DNA from: Mobula hypostoma
Lineage: Eukaryota
Assembly (NCBI RefSeq): GCF_963921235.1
Contig: NC_086106.1
Coordinates: 95,666,001-95,730,000, forward strand
Direction: 5' to 3'
DNA length: 64,000 bases
Of the stretch, positions 26,314-39,900 are shown piece by piece. Every line of letters begins with the position of its first letter. The first letter of the stretch is position 1. Under the pieces are notes generated by a model that had not been told where the DNA came from, did not search any database, and saw only the letters and a list, made by a program, of their open reading frames with translations. Both the position numbers and the translations under genes were made by a program.

Positions 26314-27165
26314 ATACAGACCTGAAAATATCCAGTAGCCTTTAGCCATTCCACTTATTGCCTCAAGTTTTTTTGCAGATTGTATCAGTTGTAATGAGCT
26401 TTAGTACATAAGGTCTTTTTGGTATTTTACTGTTTCAAATATTATTTTAACTTCCTGTTGGATGTATTTAGTGAATGTGCATGATATGTTTCAGTAATCT
26501 AAAATGTACATAATGTAATGCACAAGTTGCAGAGAATTTGGACAAAAAGTCTCTCTGAGATGTTACTATTTTGATATTTGTTTAGCTACTCTAGTACCAT
26601 CTTCAATGAAACAGTCTTCTGGAACGATTTTGTCTTTTGTGATTTTTGTTTTTTTAAGTGATTTCAGACAGTAAAATTGGAATCTCAAATGGCCTATGTG
26701 TTTTTATTTTGTATTGCTGTAGGCTTTTTGTTGATATGCTTGGTATTTTAAATATAGATGGGGATTGGGATGAGGAAATGTAGGCAATAGGTGGGTTTGC
26801 ATTTGAGTTTGGTGGAATGGGCTTAAGCTTTTTTGACATGAAATAGATAAGAATTGAGGTTCATTGATCATATCATGCTGTGTTGGCCTTTTAAGGATAT
26901 TGTGTATTCTGGTTTTGGTAGTTCAAAAGCTCAATATTTCTAACTACTGACAATATTTAACAGGAATAACTTGTATTTGTGGGATGGGGGCATTAGAATT
27001 AAAATTCATCGGGTCTCTGGAACATATACCTGGCTTGCAGGAAAATAAATCAAATATAAACCCACCTTTTTGAACTTGATACCCTCGAGCTTGTTCACGG
27101 ATGCTTGGTATACGTTGCAATACACGCTTTAAGGTGCAAATAAAGTTCTCGGCAATCTTTCCTGT
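26314..27165 (+). other. Probable 3'UTR of the canonical isoform
   Basis: U-rich and repeat-free, between the stop codon and the AATAAA signals. Confidence 0.6.
27139..27144 (+). terminator. Polyadenylation signal AATAAA (a second one at 27044-27049)
   Basis: Followed by a GU/U-rich downstream element (tgtattgtaatgt...ttttttt). Confidence 0.6.
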
Positions 27166-28703
27166 ATTGTAATGTATTCATTTACGCCCTGATTTTTTTT
27201 CCTGTTAATATTTAAAGTTATTCAGTTCATTACTGAGCGGTATTTTTATTCCATACTTCGAGAAGTTTTTTATCTTTGACTTTAATTATTCTTCACTTTT
27301 TACTGAACTGAGAGAGTTGGTAGGAATATATTAAGATTCTTTTGTGTATAGGTGAAACCAGACTTTTTGCTTTGGAAGTTGGCACATAAAGGGAAAAAAT
27401 TAAGCAGGTGTTCTATTCAGAAAATGCCTGTAATTTTGTAAATGGTCAGAATTTTTATCTGTTTCCCAAACCTAAATATGACTCATCAGAGGAAGCTGAC
27501 AGGTTAGTCTATCCAACACTAAATTGTTCAATTTGTAAATGGTTTGCCAGTTAACGAATATTGTTTTATTCCCTTTGCTCTTCACACATTTGATAACTTG
27601 TAAATCTGTTGCCCTGCTTACAGTTTAGTGGATGTAGTTTAATACCATAAGATAGGCTGGTTGGCCCATTGAGCCTGCTCCACCATTCAGGTGGGTTACC
27701 GAAATTGTATATGGTAGGAAAAATAATGGGATCAGAGAAAGAAATGTTTCATGAAATATTTTAAAACTGCCAAATCAGTTTTTATTCAAAATAAAAATAA
27801 TGATACCAGTAAGATAGAAAGCTAATCATTCAATAATAGCTGAATGGAAGAACGTGTGGATTCAGAAACAGGCTCACTCCATACTTACTCTTCATACGTC
27901 TTTCCCTCAAGTTTTTTTGCAATGATTTCCTACAGTCAATAGTTACTTCCCTTTTCACAACTTCTGTACTAGAAATGATCAGGTAGAATGTAGTTTGATA
28001 GTTAGCCATTGATTCCATTTTTTCAACCATTACTGATCAAACTTTTTATGTGCTTCAGTTAGTTTGTAAGCTGATGTCAAGGCGATCTGTCCACAGTCCA
28101 GTCAGCAAACATCTCCCAAGTAGTTTTAACTGTCGATTGTATCCATAAATACATAAACAATTAAAGTTTGCTTGCAGAAATTTTTTTTTATTATATATTG
28201 TTTCAAAGGCATTGTTTCCCTACTTTATTCATTACGAAGGTTTGGAGCATTCCCAGCTAACTTTTCTTCAGCTTATTCCCCAGTGCTTCTGTGCTTTCCC
28301 AATGGTTTTATGAAAGTTATAAATTAAATGCTTTTATAGCTTAATTAGTTATTTTTTCCATCCTGATACTGATTCTGTTTATGTTACTTCATATGCTTCT
28401 ATTTAGTCATGATACTATAATCTGATATTTTTGTCCACATACAATTGATGGAAATCATTCTGAGGAATCATGATTTTTTTTTTAAAAACACTGGCTGCAC
28501 ATTTGTACTTGATATGTGATGATATTGTAGTTCTTCTTTCATAATTTCAAATATGAAAAGTAATCTAAAGATGATGCTTGTCACAGATCAATGTGGTCTG
28601 CATGTGCTAATACTACGTGAAACCAAATCGTAAGTAAAAATTATGCTATGAGATTATGCACATTCTCTACAAAGCTAATAAGCCAGCTATCTATAATACC
28701 ATA

Positions 28704-29012
28704 AGGCATCCGTTAGTCTTGCGAGACCATGGATCTATGCCTGGAAAGTTTTCACTCTCCAGGGCACAAACCTGGGCAAGGTTGTATGGAAGACTGGCAG
28801 TCGCCCATGCTGCAAGTCTCCCCTCTCCACGACACCGATGTTGTCCAAGGGAAGGGCAAGGGCCGATACAGCTTGGCACCAGTGTCGCTGCAGAGCACTC
28901 TGTAGTTAAGTGCCATGCTTAAGGACACAACACGCTGCCTCGGCTGGGGTGGGAACTCACAACCTTCAGATCGCTAGTCGAATGCCTTAACCACTTGGCC
29001 ACTTGCCCACAC
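28704..29012 (-). mobile_element. tRNA-derived SINE with a CORE-like domain
   Basis: Reverse complement has a tRNA-like head gtggccaagtggttaaggc and a CORE-like tgtgtcctt...ggcacttaac; near-TSD ctataa(t/a)acca; same family as 47883-48195. Confidence 0.8.
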
Positions 29013-30830
29013 TATAAAACCACAAGACATAGCAGAATTAGACCATTTTGGCCTGTTGAGTTTGCTATGCCATTCCATCACTTCTGATTCTGGATCCCAC
29101 TCAACCCCAGGCACCTGCCTTCTCGCCATTCCCTTTGATGCCCAGCCGATCAGGAAGCAATCAACTTCCGCCTTAGATATACGCATGGACTTGGCCTCCA
29201 TCGCAGTCTCTGGCAGAGCATTCCACAGATTTCCTATTCTCTGGCTTAAAAAAAATCCCTTCTGCCTTCTAGTTCTGGATACCCCCACCATAGGAAACAT
29301 CCACCTTATTGTAGGTTTCAATGAGATCCCCCGCATTCTTCTGAATTCCAGTAAATACAGGCCCAAAGTTGCCAAATGCTGCTGATATCCCGTCATTCCA
29401 GGAATCACCCTTGTGAACCTCCTCTGGACTCTCCAACGACATCACTTCCTTTCTGAGATATGGGGCCCAAAACTATTGACAGTACTCCAAGTGTGGCCTG
29501 ACTAGTGTCTTATAAAGCCTCAGCATTATCTCCTTGCTTTTATATTCTATTCTTTTTGAAATAAATGGCTACTTTGCATTTGCTGCCTTTACTGCAGACT
29601 CAACCTGTAAATTAACCTTTTGGGAGTCTTGCACGAGGACTCCTAAGTCCCTCTGCACCTCTGATGTTTGAAACTTCTCCCCATTCACACAATAGTCTGC
29701 ACTATTGTTCCTTTTGCCAAAATGTATTACTGTACATTTCCTGACACTATTCCATCTGCCACTTTTTTTGCCCGTTCCTTGTCCCACTGCAATCGCATTG
29801 CTTCCTCAGCACTGCCCACCCTTTCACCTATCTTTGCGTCATCTGCAAACTTCACCACAAAGCCATCAATTCCATTTTCTAAATTATTGACAAACAGTGT
29901 GAAAAGTAGCTGCCTCAATACTGACCCCCCCGAAGAACACCACTAGTTACCAGCAGCCAACCAGAAAAGGCCATTTTATTCCTTCTCACTGCTTCCTGCC
30001 TGTCAGCCATTCTGTAATCTATGCCAGCATCTTTCCTGTAATACACTGGAAGCAGCCTTGTGTGGTACCTTATCAAACACCTTCTGAAAGTCCAAGTTAA
30101 TGACATCCTCCGTCTCTCCTTTGTCCACCCTACTTGTTACTACTTGAAGAACGCTTAACAGATTTATCATCAAGATTTCTCTTTACAGAATCCATGCTGA
30201 GTTTGACTTATTTTATCATTAGTGTCCCAAGTACCCTGAAACCTCATCCGTACCTCAGTCCAACACTGAGATTAGTCTAACTGGCCTATAATTTCCATTC
30301 TTTTGCCTTCCTCCCTTAATGAGTGGAGTGACATTTGCAATCTTCCAGTCCTCTGGGACAATGACAGAATCAAGTGATTCTAGAAAGATCACGACCAATG
30401 CATCCATTATCTCTTCAGCTACCTCTCTCAGGGCTCTGGGATGTAGTCCATCTGGTCCAGGGACTCACCCACCTTTGAGTTTGCCTAGCACGTTTTCCTT
30501 TGTTAATAGCAATGACACTCACTCCTGCTCCCTGGGTACTCATGGACCTCTGGCATGTTGTTAGTGTCTTCCACAGTGAAAATAGATGCAAAGTACCCAT
30601 TAAGTTATCTGCCATTTCTTTGTCCCCCATTACTGCCTCACCAGCATAATTTTCCAGTGGTTAATATCAACTCTAAGCTCCCTTTTAATCTTTGTATAAC
30701 TGACAAATTTTTCAGTGTTCTGTTTTATATTATTGGTGAGTCTGTCCTCGTGTTTCATTATTTCCCTTTTTGTGGCTTTTTAGTTGCCATTTGTTGAATT
30801 TTAAGAGCTTCCCAGTCATCCAACTTTTGC
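29013..30830 (-). mobile_element. CR1 LINE ORF2 3' part, degenerate
   Basis: Minus-strand peptides LFTLFVNNL...KFADDAKIG, KCTVIHFGKRN, QRDLGVLV, LYLLEFRRMRG. Confidence 0.88.
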
Positions 30831-32249
30831 TGCCTTATATGCCTAACTTTGCTCACCAACTTTAATTTTTAATTCTAGTAACATTTCCAGACTTGAGCTG
30901 GGTTGTTTCTGGAAAAAAGTTATACTGTGATGTCTGTGGTGCTTGCATTCATTCATGGTATCTGTGAACACCATCAGGTATTTGTCTCCACCTTCCATTA
31001 ATCATGTTTGCCGCATGCAAATTTTGTTTCTGGATATAGGAATGGATTTTTCTAATGCTACTTCAGAATGTCTGTTTTTCTTTAGATACTTAGATTCTTT
31101 ATGGATCTGTTCATTTTTCATTAATACACTTGTGTTATGGATTGTAGCATATCTACTGTTACAGGAGTTTGTCCGTAATCATTATGCATGTCAGCTGATG
31201 TGAAGAAGCGATTGTGTATCGCCAGCAACTTGTGATTTTTAAAAAAAATTGGCTTACCCATGAATTCCTGGGTTAAAGGTAATGTATACGTTCAGATCAG
31301 GGTATGCATCTGTGATACTTGCTCTGATCAGATTTTTAATCTATTGACAAGGGAAATAATTACTTTATACTCCCAAGAAATTGAGTAGAACAAATTGGGG
31401 GAGAGTCTGCAAATGTCCACAGCACATTTCCACTGCGAACAAATGCAGTAAACAAAAAGGCCAAGTTCAATGAGAAATGGAATCTGAACAAATAATGACT
31501 GCAATGAAACTGTTGAGAAGTAGGGAGTGTTAAAGTGTGTTTGACTATGAGTAGCTGCCTTCATGGTGAAAGTTTTATTAGCACAATTAGAGATTAAAAC
31601 TGGAATTGAAAGAATCGTAAACTGGTTTAAATGTGTGGAAAAGAGAAGTGAGAAATGAAATTAAACTGCTAAATGAGAACCAAATCTACACAAATATTCA
31701 GGAATTTTTCGTACTTAAAAGACAGCTGAAATTAATCAAGTTGTCTGTTAGCAGCATAGTGGAGATATATTTTTGCACTAGGTAGTGAAGTTATCAATAC
31801 TGGATAAACAACACCTGAAAAAGATTGCTTTGGAAGTGCTTTTTAATTTGGTGAGAGATGCTTTCAAAACAAAAAACACAAGTAGGTCGGAACATCTTGG
31901 GCAAGAACAAAAATGAAAATGTGACTAAACTGTTTATTTGCTTCATTGAAAATTGGGTTTGATACTTGGTGAAAAATGTCATGGAGATAATTAGATAGAT
32001 CCCTGAGCTCCAGTACTCAGGTTTAACAATGCAATTGTCTGGCATTCCATGCCAGTGTATTCTATTTGACTATCCAAACAAAAACATCTGTAAAATCCAG
32101 AATATATGTAACATTAAGTTCCTAGTAGTTATACCTCTAACCGTGTTGTTCCTCAGAAAATAAGAGTTATTTTCACCTTTACCTTAGTGTTTCTTGTCAT
32201 GAGTCTTTTTCTTCTGCACTTAATTTATTCAGGCTAAATTTGTTTATTT

Positions 32250-33925
32250 CAGTGGTTTAATCAGGGAAAAGAAGGAAACATATGTCAAGTGTTGGAAGCA
32301 ACAGGAATTCTGCAGATGCTGGAAATAGTTGGTATTGATCAAATCACTTGAAATTCATGGGGGTAAAGGAGAAAACTCAAGAAATTACTTGGTGAGTGGG
32401 ATTTAGCAGATTCCGAAAACATTAAGTGGATTAGAAACAAGTGATGGCTAAGGAAGTAAAAAGTCCTTGGGGATCAGGAGGTAATTTATACATAGAAATT
32501 AGGAACCTGAGTGAGCTACTAAATGAATACTTCTCATTACGTGAAGGCTAAAGGGAAAAGGCAAGGGTACAGTAATATTCATCAGCCCATAGCTATCAGC
32601 AAGGAAGAAATACTAGAAATAACGAAGCAGATTAGGGTGGATAATCCCCACAGCTTCATGGATTTGTCGCAGGATGCAACAGGAAGCAAGAGAGGAGTTT
32701 ACTGGGGCTCTAGGGACTTGTACCACTGACAGTCATGGGTGAAGTGTCTGAAGACTCGATAGCTAATGTTTTCTTATTCAAAAATGGCAGTCGGGATGAG
32801 CGTTGAAACTATAGGTTGGTGGCCCATCCACCGGTGATAGGGAAATTGTTGAAGGTTCTAAGAGACAGGATTTATGTTGACTTAAAAAGGCAGTGAAGGA
32901 TTAAAAGTTGGTTTTGTGCTGCAAAGATCATTGGGGATCTTTTTTTGATAAGGCAGAGTGAACATGGCTTACATGGACTAATCACTTTTGACAATGTCCT
33001 GAATTGTAAGCTGGTTCAGAAAAATTGAGGCAAACTGAATCCAAAGTTGACTTGCTTTTAAGAGGCAGATGGTAGTGTTGGGAGGGTTGTTTTTTGACTG
33101 GAAATATGTAACAATTTGTCTACTACCGTGACCTGTGCTGAGACATTTGTAATGTATACAGATATTTGTAGGTGGTCTAGTTAGGAAATATGAAATTGAT
33201 ATTCTTAGATAAGATGGAACAGCTGGACAGTTGGGAGGACCAATGGCAGCTAATGTTTTACACAGATGAGTTAATGCACTTTTGGGATCTTGGGTAGGAC
33301 ATATAAAGTAAATGGCATTGCTCCCTGTAACCGGTAACAGGGGTTGATAGGGTAGGAAAAATGCTTGAATTTGGAGGTTAAGGCATTGAGTGTAAGAGTT
33401 GAGACCTCATTGTCGTCGTAGAAAACACTGCTTAGACTGCATTTGGAGTAATGTGTACAGTAATGCCCACGGGAAGGATTTAGTGGCAATAGGGAAAGTG
33501 CAGAAGAAATTAACCAAGGTGTTGCCTGGAATGAAGGCTGTAAAATCGAGAGGTTGGATAGGTTGGGTGTATCCTGACTGGAGCATAAGGAGATATGGTT
33601 TGATGGAAGTTTTTATTGAGGGGCGAGACAGTATAGATGGTTAGAATCATCTGAGGGCAGGAGAATTGAAAACAGTACGGCACAGGTTAAGAAAATTGAA
33701 TTGTAGGATATCTGAGTAGGTTTTCCATAAGAGGATGGTGAATATTTAGTTTGAACTGCTAGATGAGGTAGTGGGGCAGATATAATTATGTTTGAAAGTT
33801 GTCAATATTTTGGCAAGTTGTTGACTGATAGGTCTAATGCAGGTAAGTGGGCTAAGCTTAAATGGGCATCACGGATGACATGGATGAGGTGGGCCTACAG
33901 GACCGTTTTCTGTATGGTACATTCC
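32250..33925 (+). mobile_element. Old CR1 LINE ORF2 remnant
   Basis: KEEILE...IRVDNP, KVQKKLTKVLPGM and a CR1-like tail. Confidence 0.75.
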
Positions 33926-36900
33926 TGCGATTCTTTGGAAATCGGTTCAACTTTCCACTTCTTTGACCAGTTGTACAACTCTCAGTTGGTTTTGCAGTTT
34001 GCAAAACACTACCTAATGAATTATTGTGTGGAGGACTGTTTTCTTCATTCTTTCTGATTTCCTACTTTAGATTCCAGACTGATGTTCACCCCACTGGTCG
34101 TGAAGCGTTTATGACTTGGGAAGATTCATAATTGGTATAATCTGAATACTGCTTCTGTGTCAAGTTTTTGTTGCAATTTTAAAATGTGTTGGGGAGAATG
34201 TGTTTAACCAGAAAATTTCAGTTTGAAGAAAACAGCTTCAAGAAAATGGCAATTAAGCAAAAGAAGTTTACAGATATGTATGTAGTTTTCATTCAAAATA
34301 CTGCATGTTTATTCAATGACCAAGGTTTAATGGATTTTTTTTTGGGAAGAAGTTAGAAAAATAAACTGATTTTTGTTTATACAGCCAAATATGATTTCTC
34401 TTTATTTGTAATTTATTTGCCTTTTTTTCCTACCTCTAGTTTACCATGTATGCCAGACTAAATTTGATCTGACTGAATTGCCAGTTTTCAGATGCTGGAT
34501 AAATTGCTAAACCTTGGAAGCCACTGTAGACAGTGGAAAATTATCCCTGTCATCAAGTACTCCAGAACGGTCTCGGCTGAAATGAAATTGTAAATAAATT
34601 AAACGTGAATAGTCCTTGTTTATCTTATTGTCAACTTTATCAAACAACTTGAATCTCCAAAAGAAAGTTCAGATTGATAGAGAAATAAAATTCATATAAA
34701 AATAAATAAAATTTAAAAATTGAGCATGCAGATTTACAAACACTAAAATCCGACAGAACCAATTGAAAGAGTTTGATAAAATACTTGAAATGCAACAAAA
34801 CTTAACATATTGAATTTGCTATAACTTGCTGACGAGTCCCTTTTGCAGGAATGTAAACTTGTATGCTTTTGGAAGAATATTAGACACCACATTTTTAAGC
34901 AATCTATATGGGGGTGGGGACTTAATCTGCCCACTGATTCTGCAGTCTACTGCCTGCACATGGCTGTATATTGATTTTCTTGGATCTCAGAATTTTCATG
35001 CAGGATTATTTCAACTGTTTTGATATGCTGATGTTCCTGTTTCTGGTGGAACAACTTCCAAAAACAACTAATTTCAGCATATTTTCTTTTTGCAGATTGA
35101 GTGTTGAGTACACTTCAGAAATGATTGCTAATGGAAAGGAATGGAGTTTTTGCATTTATTCGTTAAGTTATAAAGAGCCATAACTAAACCATTTGTGAAT
35201 CCACTGAGGCATCTATATTTTTGCACTGTATAAAAAGATTTACTTTGAGATCATCAATTTTTCAGAGGTTTATGTTACTAGCACGCAACAAGCACATGCT
35301 TAATGTAAGGCTGTCAGCTGTGTTTGGTCCTCGTTTGAAATTTTGTAGTTTTGTTAAGTTTTTCCTTAATTTATACTTAATGTTATTTTGTCGAACATTT
35401 GTTATTAATTGTAGTCATTTTTCTTTTGTCAACTCTAATGCCTGTAAGTGCAAGGGTTATTGGTTGAAACTCACTGCAAACACAAGCATTAAAGATATTC
35501 CAGTGCAGCATAATCACTATACTGTACTGTCAAAAACTAAGGCTATAATGCAGTGCTGAAAGTACCATGTTTTGGTTGAGATATTAAATTCAACAATTAC
35601 TGAATTTAAAAAGTAAATTTACAAGAGTTGCCCCCTTTGTCACCAAACCAGTTTATAATTATCATTATCACTTTGCTATTAATGAGATGTTTGTTCAAAT
35701 TTCTTAAGGAATACTGAATGCATGCCACTTTTAAGTGCTCTGTGGTCGTAGAACATGAAAGGTACTGCAGGCCGTCTCTGGGTTATGAATGGATTCCATT
35801 TTTATGTCTGTGGGTTGATTTTGCTCATAGTCAGAAAATAATGCAAAATCACTCTGCTCACCATAGCTCTATATTATTATAATGAATGATATTGTTGAGG
35901 GCTAGTTATCATGAACTTCTATTTTCTACCCCTGCCTCATTGCAGTTGTACAGAATCAGTATTTTCCCAGTTTCACAGCCGCTTCTGAGGGGCTTTAAGC
36001 TTCTGTGGATTTCACATTGTTTGAGTATCATTGCACAAGTACTACTAAAAACAATTGCTTGTCAATTTCCAGACCAGCTCTCAAATGTACCATGGTGAAA
36101 CTAGCAGCCTGTATTCTTGAGGCAATGATCTCTGATTACTGCAGATAGGTTACATGTAAACAGACTTTTTTAAGACTTGCGTTTGTTTGGTTCTAATTTG
36201 AATTTATTGTTTATAGGTGCTTGCTCGCATGTACCAGTATCCGTAAGTCAGGTGTGTGTAATCAGGGAGAGAATTTATATAAATATGTCTCATGTATACT
36301 TGAGTATCTTCTTAAACTATTTGGCATCTCCTTCAGTTTTTTTTAGACAGTCCCTTAGGCCCAAGAATCTGCTCTGACCATCAGGCAGCTACTTACACCA
36401 GTCACAATTTTTAATTTTCCCCATTTTCTACGTAACTGCTCTGATTCTACCTCTGTACACAAGGGGCAATTAGCAGTGTCAACTCATATCTCTGGGAAGG
36501 AACCAGAGGAATTTGTAAATTGCACGCAAAACTGGAGATCAGGATTGAAGATGTGATGCAGCAGTTCTGCTAGTTGCACCATTATATTTGTATTCTTCAT
36601 TTCCATTGTGCATGTCTAACATTTGGTTTTATAAGTGCCAAGATCATGTTATTGTACACACATGGTCAGCAGGGTTCTGGGTATTCAGTAATTTCTCTAC
36701 TTCACATTGTTGCCTTTTGGAAACCTTTTGCAAGTTGTAAATAATGAAGCAAAAAGCTACTACCATTTCTCTGCCCCTTTTATGAATGTTGGTTTTTGAC
36801 CCGTAAGTGGAATATATTTAAAAATTAATATTCTAGTGAGCAATGGAGTGATGGCATTCAACAATATAAAACAATAAAACTGGTTTTCCACTCTCAGTTT

Positions 36901-39900
36901 CGTACACCGGTTTGTTCTTGGAGCTTGAGGACTGCTTTATTATTAGGTGTAAGTGGTGAACATGTTCTTCCTGTTTATAATCTATAATAATTGCAAAACT
37001 ATTTTGCATATTTTAGTTTTCATTTAAAAAAGGAACATTTTAGTATATTAAGCTGTGTGCAATTATGCACAAATGTAATGAGCAGTGTATCAGCTAGCAT
37101 TTGGTAAGAGAAGTTAACATTTCAGAATGATTAATTTGGCAAAAGCTGCTCAAAGTTAAATCAATATGAATTTTTGACATTTTTTCTTTCTCCACAGATA
37201 CTGCCTGGCTTTGCATTTCTATTTTTACTTAAGTTTAATATTTTGGTTTCTTTTAGAGTATTTGGTATGTATTATTGAGTACTAGTACTAAACTGAAGTG
37301 TTGACATTCCAGAGTTTATTCTCATAGTTGGTAGACTTTATCCATCCTATACTTTAAACAATAAATATAACTCAAATTTCCTGTTTGTAACAGATTATCA
37401 TAATTCTTAATACTAGTGAAGACAGATGGAATTATGAATTCATCCAAGTGTCAATTTCAAACTTTAATCTGCAAGCCGTGAGTGTCCATAGCCCCACTCT
37501 GAATTTTGTGCTGTTTACTCAGCTGGGTACTTCCATCATATGGTTGACTGTTCAGCACATGAGACCCACCCTGAGTTTGGGACTAACTGCTGGCTCATTG
37601 GAAAATACTAAATCACGGAATGTGTAAGGTTGTTATTGTTAATGCACAAATCTTTCTGCTCTTTTCTTGTTCAAAGAAAAAGTGAATCATAATGCTTTTA
37701 CAACAATATTTTTCCGATTTTTAAAAATAGCATTATCAGCCTTATGACGATGTCTTGTCATAGGATATGGAAAAGTACGTTGTGAAAGACAAAAGCATAA
37801 TCTTGTACAGAACATATTGATCAGTGAATTTCCTGGCTGCCAGTGGAAGTGGCTAGAGGTAAACCAGAGTATATGCGTCTAAAGAAAATGGCAATATTTT
37901 CTGTTTGTGTTGACAGTGTGTTTCACAATAAATAGAAGTTTTAAGCAAATAGTAAAGTGTTTAACTGTACTGAACACAGCAATGAATTCAAAAACTTCCA
38001 TATTTCATTTCTGCAATGCAAACTTTTCATCTTTAAAAGTTCATTGTAAATACCATCAGTTTGCAATTGTCTTTCTATGTCTTAAACTAGGGTCCTGAGT
38101 GTTCTCGTCGGTTATAAATATTACTTGACGAAAAGTATACCATTCTAAATCTGTTCAAAAATTTGTATTTCACTGTAAATGTATCTTGGATGGAGACAGA
38201 GTTTCAAACTTGTAGAAGGTGCTAGCTGATATAGATGGAATCCCTTTTTCCTTCCACTGTACATGAGTTCTTTTGGAGTTATTTTGTCTTCATGTATACT
38301 GTGTGTAATTGGCTTTAACTGACTTTAGTCTTTATGTTACATATTGCTTATAGTACATCCTGTGACCTGTATGTCTTGTTATTGAGGCCTGCTTGTGAAG
38401 ATTCTTGTCTTGCATACTGCACTTTCCACTTAAGGGTAGAACTGTATATTAAATGCTCTCTGTCCTGCTTATTGCACTTGGCTTTCACCTGTGCATAACA
38501 ATGTTTATTCTGGATTCTTTCTAAAATATTAGCATACACGTTTAAGTTAATTTTACCATTCTTTTTAATTGGTCTGGGTTGTTATCAGTATGTCATTTGA
38601 TTCTGAGTTGAGTAATGAATGTGCAATCTTGGGTTTGAGCTTTTGTGAATTTGATTCACTATGGTTTGGTCACTCATATTTTCTTCCTGATACTTCCCCC
38701 AACTGTTCTCTTCCATTTAGAACCTCCTTTAAAAAAAAAGGTGCTTTTGCCCATCTATTGTCTCATTCTTTGGAGTCTATTTATTTTGGCAAGCTATCTG
38801 TGATGTATGGTTACTTTTATAAAACTTTTGAAATGTGAATAAATTTTTAATATTTGCTATTTTAATCTTTGGCGTACATTTGCGCCATTAAGTCCTTCAC
38901 CATTTGTTTTTCTCATTTCTATTAGTTTATTTTCTGGTTATTTGTATGTGGTTTACAGTTAGAAGAGGAGAAGCTCGTTCCTTACTGCAGCTGGCAGAAG
39001 ATGGAATTTGTAATGGTTGGTAATTAAGACTAGGTACAAAATGTATTAAATTCATTTCAAGACTCTTAGCAAGGTGAGTTTTCATTACATGACTACATTT
39101 TTAGCATTGAGATATTCTGATACTCCATTATTTCAATAGTGTTTTTGTAACTGATTTTTCTTTTGCTACTGAATTATTAATTGACTTCAATCTGTCTTGG
39201 CCCAAATCTCGCTTTTCTGCATTCCACACAACATTGTATTTTTTCTCCAGTTACTCAGCTTGAATGCTTTCTAATTCAGTACTGAGGTGGTGCATGTTCA
39301 TGGAAGCTATTAATACTGAAGTGCTGTGTAATGACAAAACAAAGTAAATCCACGTTCCAGGAATATTTTTGTTTTTGCAATGTAACTTGTTATTTCAGGC
39401 CTTGAATGAGAAGCAAAATGGAAAAAGCAAAGAAAATGAAGGGATAATGGGATGTTTTGCATCTGAAACATCAATATTCCAAAAATTTATTTTGCTTAAT
39501 GCTCTAATCTCTAACAAGTACTAAAACAACTTTAAATGTTTTTTTGCAACTTATTTGGATTTTTTTTTGCCTTCACAACACTAAGTCATTGGACAGGCAA
39601 CAAAAGTAGCAAAATTTTTGCAAGAATTTCATTATATATAAAAATATTGCAAAAATACTTGTATTCCATCCATGATTTGATAGCTTGAAGAGTAAAGTGA
39701 ATTTGTGCGTTACTGTGTTCATGTACCTGATTGTCAGATTTCATGACAAGTCAGGGCAAGAAAGAACTTGACTTGTTAATGGGCTGTTGCCTCTTTTTCT
39801 TAATTGGGCCTGAAACCGAGTGGTTTGCTAAGTCATTTTAAACTAGAGGCAGATGAAGACAATTGAATTTGTTGTGTCTCAAGTTGCATACAAATCTGAC

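Noticed and set aside
28704-29012. tRNA gene (also 47883-48195)
   Set aside because: The tRNA-like head continues into a SINE body and tail with TSDs
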